A stretch of DNA of 37,876 nt from Octopus sinensis. Its lineage: Eukaryota. How positions within the stretch are numbered: the first letter of the stretch is position 1; each line of letters starts with the position of its first letter. A model generated the notes under the pieces. That model had not been told where the DNA came from, searched no databases, and saw only the letters and a list, made by a program, of their open reading frames with translations. A program made the position numbers and the translations under genes. The stretch covers positions 1 to 37,876 of the forward strand of contig NW_021835883.1 of assembly GCF_006345805.1 (NCBI RefSeq). Direction: 5' to 3'. This document shows, in pieces, positions 14,263-27,841 of the stretch.

Positions 14263-14264
<2 letters not shown>

Positions 14265-14558
14265 AGGCGCAATGGCCCAGTGGCTAGGGCAGTGGACTCG
14301 CGATTTCAGTTCCCAGACCGGGCGTAGTGAGTGTTTATTGAGCGAAATCACCTAAAGCTCCACGAGGCTCCGGCAGGGGGTGGTGGCGATCCCTGCTGTA
14401 CTCTTTCGCCACAACTTTCTCTCACTCTTTCTTCTGTTGGCCTGCTCGCTTAGCCAGCGGGGCGGCGTCATTTGAAGGCTAAAACAATGCGAAGTGCATT
14501 TTGACCAGTGATGTGTAGCAACATCTGATAGCCTGGTCGGTCATGGTGGTCACGGTGA
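14263..14558 (+). mobile_element. tRNA-derived SINE family C
   Basis: Head ggaggcgcaaTGGCCCAGTGGctagggcag (A-box-like). Its 3' ~100 bp recurs inverted at 33601-33698. Flanked by (TG)n and (TA)n. Confidence 0.75.
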
Positions 14559-14724
14559 TATATATATATATATATATATATATGCATATAAATAAATATA
14601 TACACATGTATGTATGCGCGTCTGTGCTTCTGTGGGTGTGTATTGTACATATTTGCATATATGTATGTGTTTGTGTGTCTGTGTGTGTGAATACAGACAC
14701 CTTAATAGGCAAATAACATAGACA

Positions 14725-14772
14725 TACAGACAGATAGATAGATAGATGCATAGATAGATAGATGGATGGATG

Positions 14773-14835
<63 letters not shown>

Positions 14836-14873
14836 GGATGGATGGATGGATGGATGGATGGATGGATAGATAT

Positions 14874-14950
<77 letters not shown>

Positions 14951-14952
14951 CA
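14725..14952. repeat. (GATA)n/(GATG)n tetranucleotide microsatellite; similar tracts at 13350-13415, 19195-19460, 20820-21040
   Basis: Directly visible. Confidence 0.95.
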
Positions 14953-15014
14953 GTGCGTGAGTCAGGGAATGAGTGAGTGAGTGAGTGACTGAGTGAGTAA
15001 GTAAATGAGAAGGA

Positions 15015-15067
<53 letters not shown>

Positions 15068-15206
15068 TGAGATTAGGTTTCTTGAGTAAATTTTCCACGT
15101 AATCTTGAACTATCAAATATTCTGATTACTTCCTCGGCTTTCGCTGACTGTGTTTGTTCAGTTATTTTACGATATATGAACAGAAATACAAATGAATCTA
15201 ATATCT

Positions 15207-15614
15207 TATTTCTTTATTGCCCACAAGGGGGCTAAACATAAGGGAAGAAACAAGGACAGACAAAAGGATTAAGTCGATTACATCGATCCCAGTGCGTAAC
15301 TGGTACTTGATTTATCGACCCCGTGAAGATGAAAGGCAAAGTCGACCTTGGCGGAATTTTAACCCAGAACGTAACGGCAGATGAAATACCTTCTTCTTTA
15401 CTACCCACAAGGGGCTAAACACAGAGAGGACACACAAGTACAGACAAACGGATTAAGTCGATTATATCGACCCCAGTGCGTAACTGATACTTATTTAATC
15501 GACCCCGAAAGGATGAAGGGCAAAGTCGACCTCGGCGGAATTTGAACTCTGGACGTAACGGCAGATGAAATACCGGTGAACAATTCGCCCGTCGTGCTAA
15601 CGTTCTTGCCAGCT
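15207..15614 (-). mobile_element. Head-to-tail dimer of SINE family A (15207-15390, 15393-15614)
   Basis: Two consecutive reverse-complement matches to 27842-28071. The left copy lacks the first ~50 nt of the head. Confidence 0.85.
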
Positions 15615-16257
15615 TTTTTCGTTTTGCATGTAATAATAAGGAATGTTTTATCCGAGAATTATCCCTTCATTTTACTGATATATCCCATTCACTTGTACAC
15701 AGAATACAACTCCGAAGTGGAATCAAACATTTCAAGGGCTAGTTCTGTGGCGCACCAACAAATGGTATCACAATGTTGCGTGAGAAATGCGTGCTAGCAG
15801 TGACCTTATAGAAGCAGTGTGCTGAATTGTATATGTGTGTTTATGTGAAATGTGTGTTTTTTGTGATTACGTGTAAGTTGTAGTCTACGATTTTGTCATG
15901 TACAAGAAGATAGAACAAAGAGCCAACGAGAAATGTTGCCCTCGTAGGCAATAAAGAAATAAGAAAATTATGCTACACTCAGCAGTAACTTATTTATAAA
16001 CAGCCCGGTAGTTATTGACTTTGTTGTCGTTCGCATTGTTGTTGTATATTCCGTTAGCTACCCTGATTACGTGGTTTATTGAACCGCATATGATGAGTAT
16101 TTTAATAATGTGCATATTACCAGATAATGTATAGGATTAACATATAATGCCTAGCGCAGAGTCAACAGCAAGAATCAACGTGATGGTATTCAACCTTAAT
16201 ACACCCCTGCACATTCGATCGTGAACATGATATTCTTAGTCGTATTTTCTCATTGTA

Positions 16258-16363
16258 CTACAGCCTTCGGGCGAATTTGTGTTCATAACACACTCCATTC
16301 TTTAGCTTAAAGAAAACTTGGGACCCCAGGTATTTCCACATCCTTATGTCTGCTCTGTCAAAC
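16258..16363 (-). CDS. Candidate terminal coding exon of an unknown minus-strand gene
   Basis: Acceptor ..tttcattaatccggtgtAG (16364-16365), phase 2, FDRADIRMWKYLGSQVFFKLKNGVCYEHKFARRL*. Minus-strand AATAAA at 16075-16080. Confidence 0.35.
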
Positions 16364-17230
16364 CTACACCGGATTAATGAAACTAACAAAATGGCGTGAA
16401 TCTTATTTATAAATTCAGCAAAACGATTTATCGGCTGATGCGGGCTGATAAGTGGAAACTGATATAAAACATCATGTACAGTGAACAATATGAATTAAAA
16501 CGGTAACTTCCATACTATTTCTTCATCCAGCAGACAATGGATCGCATTTGCAAGACAACAACATTCCCAGTTTCGATCGCGAAAATATTAATCCTTGTTT
16601 GTGTCTAGTCAAGAAGAACAAGTTTTCCATTTAGAAGAATGTACAATCATCGAATTCATTACATTAATGAAAGGAGACTTTAAAACACCCGGTGTTTCAA
16701 CATTATTTTGTCTCCTCATACACAGATACAGCGGATCACTGAGTCTAACAAGAATTAGTAGCTCATGTTTATAAATTTGGTGAACATATTATCTGCTGGG
16801 GCTGTTGATGCGTAGCAGTCGTTAATAAATCGCCGGTGAACATCATGAATCAATATGGTGATTTACATATTTATAAATATATTATAAAATATGTCGGCCA
16901 TTTTTATTTTCTGGGAGTAGAAGATAATTTAAATGAAATTTAGCTGCTATTTCTGCCGATCAATTATTCATGTGAAATCATTCAGACTATATTCATTGCT
17001 CTGTTACGTCCAATTAGAATGAATAATTGATATGTGGCAAAGGTTTTTTATGTCCTTGTTTACTTCTTATTCGCCACATATTCCCATTAATTCACAAAAT
17101 CTTTCTGCAAATTAAGTAGTATCTTTCATTAATAGAAATTACGATGAAAGCAGGCAGTTGACTACAGTTTTGGGGAAAATTTTGACCAACAGTTCTGAAA
17201 ATTTATTGTCACTACATTTTAGATAATAAT

Positions 17231-17460
17231 CATCATCATCATTGTTCGACCGTGGTCGAGACTTTCATAGTATTTTCAAATGGCTAATAATGTGTGCACG
17301 CGCCACTGCTACACACATTGGAAAGCATTGTACAACCAAGTACTAAAGAAGATCTTTCCTCCTCCATGAAACAAAGCTGTTCCCGCTGGACGTCAACCCA
17401 GTATTTCTCCCTAGATAGATTGCCTTCACTACGGCTAAGGAGCCCTTTCTACCCCATAAT
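17231..17460 (-). mobile_element. Bipartite non-autonomous RTE element (RTE-tailed SINE)
   Basis: 3' end GTCTCGACCACGGTCGAACAA(TGA)n is identical to the RTE LINE end at 11702-11733. The 5' part has an RTE 5'-UTR-like block gggctccttagccgtagtgaaggcaatctatctagggagaa. Confidence 0.7.
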
Positions 17461-17772
17461 AGATAATAATAGCGTCCTATATGTTTCTTGGTTCTGTCGG
17501 AAGATAAACAGTGGCAGGAAATCATAATTGGGTGTTAAGAAGAAGAAAACAACGATGACCCATCAGTGAGTGTCATTTCTTATGCTGGACAAGAGCCACA
17601 TGTTTAAACGTTCCACATGAAACAGATTCTAATGACCCCAGTAGAGATTATGGGCCAAAGCCTGGCAGAAAACTCGAAACAATAAAGGTAACTCTGATTG
17701 AAATCTAATGTTAACACTCTTGCTTACAAGTTTCCGGAGCCAGTAAACTTTTGTTGCTGTTATCATTGAATA

Positions 17773-18130
<358 letters not shown>

Positions 18131-19056
18131 TTGAGGTCTTTGAAGTTTATCACAGATCAGCTTTCATCCAGCAGACAATAGATTAGATTTGCAAGACAAC
18201 AACTTTCCGGTGTATTTTGCAATATTTTTTCCCTCCAGATGAAAGGTATCTATCCACATGCTTAACGTATACGATCTATTCGGGGAACTGTGGTTTCCCT
18301 CTAATTTTCTTGTGGGTAAGAGTCAAAATCTATTTCTAGAAAGTTCTGACCTACAGTTGTTCAAAACAGATATTTAATGAGATCCCTACATATGTCAGGC
18401 TCCGCTAGCATCAAATAAGATAAATTATAATCTGTTGCTAAAGTTCTTTCCAAACAAAATGATTTAGATTTCATGTTACAGGATTTGGAGCTTTCCAAGA
18501 TATAAAAGCTTCACAGGGACTTTATTCTGTCCAGATAATATTCTATGGATTCAAATCAATGACACTTTTTACCATTAGATCAGGCGACCTGTCATAGCTA
18601 GCAGCAAATCTTGTGTAAATTATAATCTGACATCACAAACAAAAAAAAATAATAATACACAAGAAAGATGAATTAGATAATGTGAACCGCGTTAAGGATG
18701 ATAGCAAAACAAAACATCATAGCCATGACTGTGATAATTCCAGAAATCCTATCCTACACGGTGTGTGGCTAAGGGATAAATAGAAAATTTTACAGACACC
18801 AGGCTGTCTTCAACATATACGCAACACACTGCCGTTCAAAATATATTCCAGTGTTATTATTAGGTAGAAGAGCTTTCTCAAAATGAACATAAATAACGGT
18901 CACAGAATGTCAGATAATTAAACGTTGAACAAAAAAAAAAATAATGGTTTATTCTTTTATTCAAATGTGTTGAACTGTGTGGGAAGTGAATTCGGATGCA
19001 AACACAAATCGACCATTTTTTCCTTCAAGATGTAAATTTGAATATTGCAATAGCTC

Positions 19057-19147
<91 letters not shown>

Positions 19148-19194
19148 TGTCTGTATATGCATATATGTATATATGTATATATTATATATATATA

Positions 19195-19226
<32 letters not shown>

Positions 19227-19369
19227 GTAGATAGGTAGATAGATAGATAGATAAGTAGATAGGTAGATAGATAGGTAGATAGACAGATAGACAGATAGAT
19301 AGACAGATAGATAGATAGATATGCAGATAGATAGATAGATAGATAAACATGTAGATAGATAGATAGATT

Positions 19370-19441
<72 letters not shown>

Positions 19442-19664
19442 TATAGATAGATAGATAGAAATATATAGAAAGAGAGAGATTTATTAGTAGAAGGAAAAGG
19501 CAGATACCATGGCAATGAGAAGATATTTAAGTGCGAGTGTTTACACAGAAACGTGTGTGTATGTTTATGTGTGGTTTCGTCTATGTGCGTGCATGCGCAG
19601 ACGCGCGTTTGCATGCTTTTTTTTATGTATATATATATATATATATATACGAATATATACTTAC

Positions 19665-19690
19665 CTGTTTCTATTAGAGTTTGTTTGCGG
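19665..19690 (-). CDS. Candidate 26-nt micro-exon (alternative acceptor gives 19665-19740)
   Basis: Consensus donor CAG|GTAAGT. Acceptor ctctcgatttgtttatctgttcatcaaattcaatAG. Encodes PQTNSNRN+AG, phase 0 to phase 2, compatible with both neighbouring candidates. Confidence 0.4.
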
Positions 19691-19818
19691 CTATTGAATT
19701 TGATGAACAGATAAACAAATCGAGAGACAGATATTTGACTCTAAAGATACGTTTTAGTATATAAATTCACACACACACACACACACTAGACCAAGCACCT
19801 AAATTACATACGTCTGCA

Positions 19819-19853
<35 letters not shown>

Positions 19854-19955
19854 GTGTGTGTGTGTGTGTGTATGTGTGTGTGTGTGGTGTATGTGTGTTT
19901 GTGTGTGTGTATGTGTGTGTGTGAGTGTATGTATATATACATTTATAAATATAAA

Positions 19956-20017
<62 letters not shown>

Positions 20018-20390
20018 GGGGGTGTTTGTGTGTGTGTATTTGCGTATAGGTGCATGTATATATATATGTATAGATATATAATATATGTATGTATGCTTAT
20101 ATGCAAATTGTTGCCAGTCGTATTCAGCAAATATCTTCACATGAATAAGATGTTAATTCGCCGGATGTTAAACGCGAAATAGATTTAGTGTGAAAAAGCA
20201 AAAACTGTCACCGTCATATTTTTTTCCCTTTCCATTCAACATAGACTCATAATATATACCGATGCTGTTTTTAAAAATATATAACGACAATAGCAATTTT
20301 GTTGTTGCTGTTGTTGTTATTGCTGTTATCATAATCATCATCATCATCATCATCATCATCGTCGTCGTCGACGTCGTCGAATTTGCTTAC

Positions 20391-20460
20391 CTGAGCTTCT
20401 GGCGTCTTCTTCATTAGTTCCATCCAAATCGAAGGTCCATACGGAGCCGAGCAGCTGTCA
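20391..20460 (-). CDS. Candidate 70-nt internal exon
   Basis: Acceptor cataattttttAG, donor CAG|GTAAGC. Only one frame is open: DSCSAPYGPSIWMELMKKTPEAQ. GC-richer than the flanks. Confidence 0.5.
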
Positions 20461-20952
20461 CTAAAAAATTATGATGGAATATAAAGGCTGAAGTATTCTC
20501 AACTCCAACATATAAAATAAGAAAAGAATGTAGATGTATGTCCATTTAACCTTATGGAACCATGGCGCTGTTTAGAATAAATATTGATTTGCGTTTTATA
20601 CACGCATATATACATATATATATATATATATATATTAATGTGTATGTGTGTGTGTGTCTGCGTGCGTGCGTGGAGGGAGAGAAAGAAGGAGAGAGATATG
20701 CGTTTATATATTTATCTATTTATCGACTTATTGATCTCTACATCTCTCCCCCCTCTCTCTCTCTCTCTCTCTTGATATATATATATATATATATATATTT
20801 GTAGATAGAAAGATTGATGGATAGATAGATATACAGACAGACAAACAGATAGGCGGACAGACAGACGGACAGACAGACAGACTGACGGACAGACAGACAG
20901 ACTGACGGACAGACAGACAGACTGACGGACAGACAGACAGACAGGTAGATAA

Positions 20953-21042
<90 letters not shown>

Positions 21043-21229
21043 GTATACATACATACATACACACATATATATAAATTGTAAGAAGGCGTCCGACAAAATT
21101 AAAAAGATATTACCATCTGATTTGTCTTAGCACATTTCAATGCTGCAGTGGAGATTATAATAGAATATATAAGAACTTTTTAAAGCATTTCCTCCATTGC
21201 AAACCACAGTGAAAATGGGTTTTACAAAG

Positions 21230-21352
21230 TCTACCTCGGGTGAATTTGAACCCAGAACGCAGTGATGGACGAAAGTATCAAGAAAGCAATCTGCTTGTGC
21301 ATTTGGCAAAGAGTTTCGTCCAGCGTTGTAAAGTTTCTGCCAGCTCGCTGCC
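21230..21352 (-). mobile_element. Decayed head of SINE family A containing a 36-nt foreign insert
   Basis: Minus strand reads ggcagcgagctggcagaaac..cgaaa[insert]cgtccatcactgcgttctgggttcaaattcacccgagg. Confidence 0.65.
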
Positions 21353-22060
21353 TTATGAGAAGTAATGTATATTGGCCAATAATGGACCGTGACATTGAAG
21401 AACTAGTGGAAGCATGCGGAGGTTGTGCCCTAGCTGAAAACGCACCAAGCAGTAAATAGCAACCGTGGCCTAAAGGAAAGCAGATATTCCATGGTCCACA
21501 CTGCATGTTGATTACGCAGGTTCACTAAAAAGGTTCATATTACTTTGTTTTAGTGTACAGTTTACAAAATGACCTGAACTGCATAAGTGAAAAAATCCTA
21601 CGCCTGCGATTACAGTAATTATTTTACACGAACTGGTCGCCAGATATGGTTTTCCTGATATCATTGTGTCTGATAATGGAACTCAGATATTTCAGACGGG
21701 TTCAAAGAACTTTGTAAAACTGTTCGTTATCGAACATGTCACTACGCCGTCGTATAATCCTAGGCCAAATGCACAAGCAGAGTGTTTTCTTGATACTTTT
21801 AAGTGCGTTTTCAAAAAAAGGTGAAGGATGAAGTAATGGATGATCTAGTACTTCAACAATTTTTAAGAGCGTACCGAGTAACACCTAATCCGAATAACCC
21901 GCCTGGAATATCACCCGCAGAATTGATTTTTTCCAGAAAGATCAGATCAGTCTTTGATAAGCGGATACAGAGAGGAAATAGGAAAAAAGGCGAACAACAA
22001 AGCTACTTCAAAACTCTTCAAGACAGGTGATAAAGTATTTTTTAAAAATCGTATAGATAT
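21352..22060 (+). mobile_element. Decayed Ty3/Gypsy LTR-retrotransposon integrase remnant
   Basis: LMRSNVYWPIMDRDIEELVEACGGC (zinc-finger CxxC), PWSTLHVDYAG, RYGFPDIIVSDNGTQ, HVTTPSYNPRPNAQAE, FLRAYRVTP..GISPAELIFSRKIRS. Multiple stops and frameshifts; no LTRs seen. Confidence 0.9.
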
Positions 22061-22099
22061 GGTAAAGAAAGCAGTGAGGATGCTGTAATACGTCTTTAC

Positions 22100-22137
<38 letters not shown>

Positions 22138-22649
22138 GTTTTTGTGTGTGCGCGCGTGTGTGAGTGTGTGTGCATGTGAATGTTTGTGTGTTAGTGTGTG
22201 AGGGGGGAAAAGAAAGAGAAGAATGTGTAAATGAAATTGAATAAATTTTTTGACACATTTTTCATCCGTAAAACCTATTTTCACTGTGGTTTGCAATGTA
22301 GAAAATCCTTTAAAAAGAAGCAGTAGGTGTCAAGACAGCATCAGTCAAGTCGTAGCTCCCTCGGGTATACCGATGATTCTATTTCTTGTTATTTCTTTAT
22401 CATCAGCACCAGATACTACACAAGTGAAAGAACCGTGAGGTGATTCCTAAGTTATAACTTGCTTTATAGAAAATCAGAAAAAACTAATTACTAACTCGTG
22501 CGATCGGCCTCCAAGGTGGAATAAGATATATATTATTCACCCTCACCTCTGAGGTGAACTAAACAAACACTTTAGTCATTGCAAATATGTTTGTGAAATA
22601 TTTGTCAGCTAGAAACCTAATACGGAATTCTCATGTTAATTTAAAATTT

Positions 22650-22780
22650 TTGCAGAAGGCCTGCGGTTTTGAGGGAGGGGAAGTCGATTACATCAACCCC
22701 AGTGCTCAACTGGTATTTATTTTACGTCACTTAATATTACGAAGGACAAAATCGACCTAGGCGAAATTTGAACTCAGAAA
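22650..22780 (-). mobile_element. Decayed SINE family A variant (alternative tail)
   Basis: aagtcgattacatcaaccccagtgc..actggta..aaatcgacct..aatttgaactcagaa matches the family A core. Confidence 0.6.
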
Positions 22781-22962
22781 AAAAAACGGACAAAATGCTG
22801 CAGATATCATATCTATATCCGATATACTAACTATACTGCAAGATGGCCATCTTATACCTAAATTTAATATTAAGATATAGATGGAGGCAACAAGCTGGCA
22901 AAATCTAATGCATAGAGACTTTACAACGATTGGCATATCGCTGATCATGCCATTAATGAAGC

Positions 22963-23340
22963 TCTATGTATATATAAACAGCAAAATGTCTGTGTGCGTG
23001 TCCTTTAATACAAATCCCCAATTCTTCAATGAGAGGGCTCGCACTTTCTATGGTCATTTAAAACCGTTCAAGGGTGGTCGTGCACATCTTTACATTTCCC
23101 CAGTCACCACGCAAAGCCATTAAAAAATAAATATAGAAGTGGCATTTTCTGAATTTTGTTATCCCAAACCCAATAAAAATGCCCGAAACTTGATACGCCA
23201 ATTGAATGCCAGCTAGCTATATGTGATTGGTCGGAGATTTGGACAGTACTCACGTGTAAGTGTGCACGCACGCACGCAGCTGTAAAATAATATATAACGG
23301 AATTTTAATAAGTATTCTTGCTTGCAAGCACATCAGAGAG
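22963..23340 (+). mobile_element. Possible non-autonomous Helitron-like element, 5' portion
   Basis: Begins TCtatgtatatataaacagcaaaatgtctgtgtg, resembling Helitron-type 5' ends (TC, TA run, GTCTGT). No 3' hairpin or CTAG identified. Confidence 0.3.
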
Positions 23341-23381
23341 TTTGAGAAAAGGGCCTGGGAATTGAGGTGTACACTGATGCA

Positions 23382-23917
23382 TTGGGTTGTCCGGGAAGTT
23401 CGTGCTGATTTATAGTAGCTTACATTTCGACTTATTTTAGAACACAGTTGAGTACATAAAACAGGATTTGACTACACCTCCATCTAGAGCAGAGTTTAAG
23501 CTATCTTTTCGTGGAAGAGGATTTATGTTTCTGTAACCTGTGCTAATTCTGTAACCCTTTAAAATGGAAGATAAGAAAGTTCATTTTCGGCACTTGATGT
23601 TTTGGGAACCAGACAAAAATTGCTGCAGCTCGGCTGTGATGTGTTACCCCACCCTCCATATTCACCAGATATTACTCTTCGGATTTCCACTTATTCAGGT
23701 CTCTGCAGAATTGTCTTAATGTTAAAAATCTCAATTCCTTGGATGACGTGAAAAGATACCTTGTTCTGGGAAGAGGGTATTTGCAAGTAAAAGGAAAGAT
23801 GGAGACGCATTGTGCAACAAAATGGTTCATAGTTGGTTGATTAAAAATATAATGGCAAGTATTTATTGACCTTTTTCTTTCCTTTAAAAATCGGTACGAA
23901 GTTTACTGACAACCCAA
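23382..23917 (+). mobile_element. Internally deleted mariner transposon (mellifera-like) with both TIRs
   Basis: TIRs ttgggttgtccgggaagttcgtgctgattt and aaatcggtacgaagtttactgacaacccaa, followed by TA. N-terminus MEDKKVHFRHLMFWE (ATG 23564) is joined to RQKLLQLGCDVLPHPPYSPDI..SDFHLFRSLQN..ERWRRIVQQNG. Confidence 0.9.
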
Positions 23918-24537
23918 TATATTGCGTGACTCTTGTATTCTTTTTCAGTTCCCGATATAACATAGTACGATACGTGTATTTCTACACCTGTGACATCGGG
24001 TTTAGAAGCGTTTCGGTTTGTGCCATTGTAGAAAGTTTGATGGCAGGTCACAAAGTCTCTCAGAAAGTGAATTTTTGCTCTGTTACTGAGATTAACAATC
24101 GTCTAATATTTCGATGTGACATCCGTGTTGATGCAAGTGGTGATCACCCTGGATCCATTGAGTGTGATGGTCTTTCATGTTAGTGTGACTACTTGAAATA
24201 GCTGGGTCAGTCGTTTCAAAATCTTCTGTAACATACATAGCATAGAATAGATTGTTGCTTTAAAGTTCATATATAAATTTTTTCCTTTATGTCTATTTCT
24301 CTTTGGTTCCAATCCATCAAACTACTTTCAATTAAAACTGTGAATAAGTGCAGTACACAAAACATCTTTGCAATATATAGAACGCATATAATGCGATTGG
24401 CCTTTCAGTTTCTTTTAAAATGCCGTCATTATGACAACACGGGTATGCTGGTGCGTATGTATGAATATATATATATATATTCGTTTATCTATTTCGAAGT
24501 ATATACCGTAATATACATATACGTATATATAAATGTA

Positions 24538-24635
<98 letters not shown>

Positions 24636-24646
24636 ATATAATATAT

Positions 24647-24677
<31 letters not shown>

Positions 24678-25315
24678 TGTTGGCATCCTTTTTGTCTCAC
24701 AGTATATTATATCACCTTGCTATTGATAGTCATACACACACGTGCGTCTGCACACACACACAACCCGTGCACCGGCGCAGATATTATTCATATATAAATG
24801 ACAATGTTGTCACTAAGATAGAAGACCATAAATACATGTAAATATTCTAACGCTGGTGCACGATGTATAAAATGGCGGTTGAGCTACGTTTTCTCAAAGA
24901 ATTCCTTTAGACTAGCTGTCAACACTCTTCAAGGGCGGATTAAAATACGTCTTTGCTTTTCTCTGTTTTCTTTATCATCTTAAGATCTGAAGAAAACTCT
25001 TTGACTTTTTATCCATATCTTCCTTACTTTAAAGATAAAGAAAAAACGTGAAAAATGAAAAAAAAAAAAAATAACACAGAATTTCGGATTATCAGCTTTG
25101 TAGAATTTTTCTTTTACGTTTGTTATTCAATATATATATTTTTGTCACTCGTTCTATTTCGTTGGTTTTAGTTATTCGATTTTTCCAATCGAGAAGATAT
25201 CCTGTTTGTATTGTGAAATATAAATATAATACAGTTATGACCGAAACGCACGACACTAAACCCTAGATACATATGAATGTGTGTGTGTGTATATATGAAT
25301 GTATGTGTGTAGGTA

Positions 25316-25410
<95 letters not shown>

Positions 25411-25576
25411 GCATTTACGTACAGATATATATGTGTGTGCGTGATATGTGTGGCATGTGTGTATATGTATGCATTTATATATATGTATCTATCTACACAT
25501 GCATGAACGTATGTATGTGTATATATACATATGCATAGATGTATACACTTATATGAATAAATATATATGCATATAA

Positions 25577-25633
<57 letters not shown>

Positions 25634-26304
25634 CGTATATATGCGTATATGTATATCCATATTTGTATATGTATATACGTATTGTCACAAAAGCACATTT
25701 AATCCTACATATAAGTTTATGAATCATACACAAATAACTTCTCCACTGGCGCTTATTCAATGTGTATTGTTGATACAAATGTTATTTCGTTTTTCACTCT
25801 CTAAAGCATTAGTCAAATAATACTTTACTATCATTTCCAACTTTATTTGCAAACAGTATACAGAATTTCAGCAATGTAGTTTTACTTCTTCGCTCGACCT
25901 GGTAAAAAGTGTATATCTACAGAAAATCTCTTACCTAGTATTTCGCAGATTAATATAAACAAATTTTTCAAAACGTAGACTTTTTTAATTCTGTTGTCAT
26001 AGTTACAAGGTTTCCGTGGAGCTGCTGCCATGAGGAACTCAGGATATTATTTCGTCATAACCCTTCTGGATTGTAACTGGTATGAGTCTAATGAATTAAC
26101 CAAGAAATAATACGTTTTCTTATGCATAGCCTGAAATTCGGTGTCTGGAATTATCCAGTAATTTTTTGCAAGTTTATTTTGTTTTTTGTCTTTTCACCTG
26201 GTGCTGTACGAACATTTAGAAGTACTAGGGCTACAAAGAATAAGTCTTAACTAGTGCCTCAACTTTGCCGCAGTCCGTCGACTAAAGCAAGTAAAGGAAT
26301 ATAT

Positions 26305-26356
<52 letters not shown>

Positions 26357-26357
26357 G

Positions 26358-26424
<67 letters not shown>

Positions 26425-26429
26425 ATATG

Positions 26430-26461
<32 letters not shown>

Positions 26462-26904
26462 ATATATGTGGGTATATCTGCGTTTTTATCTGTGTGCGTA
26501 AATTCATTCGACACAGGAAATAGTGTTCTATCATATAGTATAATTATATTTCTGCCAATACCATGTTGGAAGACGAAATCCTTGGAAGAATTTGGAAAAC
26601 AAAAAGTAAACAAACAAATATGTCTTTACGAACAGCAAAATATGTATTTGTTTAACATTTATAAAGATGGAATATTTTACCTTGGAGCAGACTATTTCTG
26701 CGCTGTTTCGCCTAAATAACCAATCCTTGACTTTACCAACCCACAATAATAATTGCATATCAAAATAAATATATATATATATATATATATAAACAATAAA
26801 TAAGGAGTGAAAAAACAAAATTTTATATCTTTGATGTAGGTGCCCAATGGTAACGTAAACAAAAATATCATAGATGTTAAAATTAGAAGGAGAAGGAATA
26901 TTTT

Positions 26905-27550
26905 AGAGGTTTTGAGACTTTTTCAAGGAATACAACTATAAATTTCAAACACGTACAAACTATAGTCTCCTTCAAAGTAGAATCGCCTGAATTCAGTGCA
27001 CTTGTCGTAGCCCTCCTGCTACATTGTGGATACCCCATGGATGTCATCTAAATTCAGGTGTCCAGAACCAATATCAAAGCCTATTTTAGCTTGGCGAACA
27101 ACCAAAATTCACAGAGAGTAAGATCTGAACTGTAGAGGGGGTGAGGGAGCGGTTTGGTGCTCCTTTCTGCAAGTGTTTGGTTACCAGGGTGAATCGATGG
27201 ACAAGTGCATTGTTGTGTTGAAGGGCTTCTAGGCTTTTGCTACGAAACCTCTTCCTGAACTTCCTCTCGACACATTCACAAAATACTTTTTTGTTGAATG
27301 TCAGGCTAGAGGGAATCTAACGGATGAGGATGCTACTGCTAATGGTTTAAAAGAGGATCATCATGAGATTCCCTGCGTTAAACAGATGCTTGGGTCTTAC
27401 AAGTTCATCCATGAGCACTTTGAAGCTCCCTTTCTCCTACTCTCACATCCACTCAGTTTCGGTCCAGTCAGTCTGACGAATCTTCTCACTTTATCACACT
27501 TCTTCTGAACCTGAAGAAAGGTATATCAGAAATCAAAACATCAGAATTTT
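26905..27550 (-). mobile_element. Highly decayed second mariner transposase remnant (different subfamily)
   Basis: Minus strand: GNLMMILF..KFRKRFRSK..QHNNALVH..LPHPLYSSDLTLCEFWLFAKLK..YDKC..YFEGD. Confidence 0.75.
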
Positions 27551-27841
27551 GATACTTACATCACACCCACCTCTCCAAATCTCTTTCTCCCATTCTTCCT
27601 CTCTCTATTTCATATTCTTGTTTTTACCTAATGAAGCGAAACAATATACGAAACAATACACGGAACCTACGGTCAAACACGGTCCAGCAGTCAGATTGTA
27701 TTTCCTATTTAAAATCTACATTTACGATTGCCTTTTCCAGCCTCTCTCTCCATTCACAAACATTATGCAGTGGAATTTGAACAAGATGTATACACTATCT
27801 TTGGTAGTAAGTCGGGTAAACATTCAGGTTGAAGCCATTAA

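Noticed and set aside
23985-24225. Possible minus-strand exon after ..tatgttacAG; likewise 24850-25027 after a strong pyrimidine tract
   Set aside because: Stops occur in all three frames before a convincing donor; could only be UTR or non-coding.
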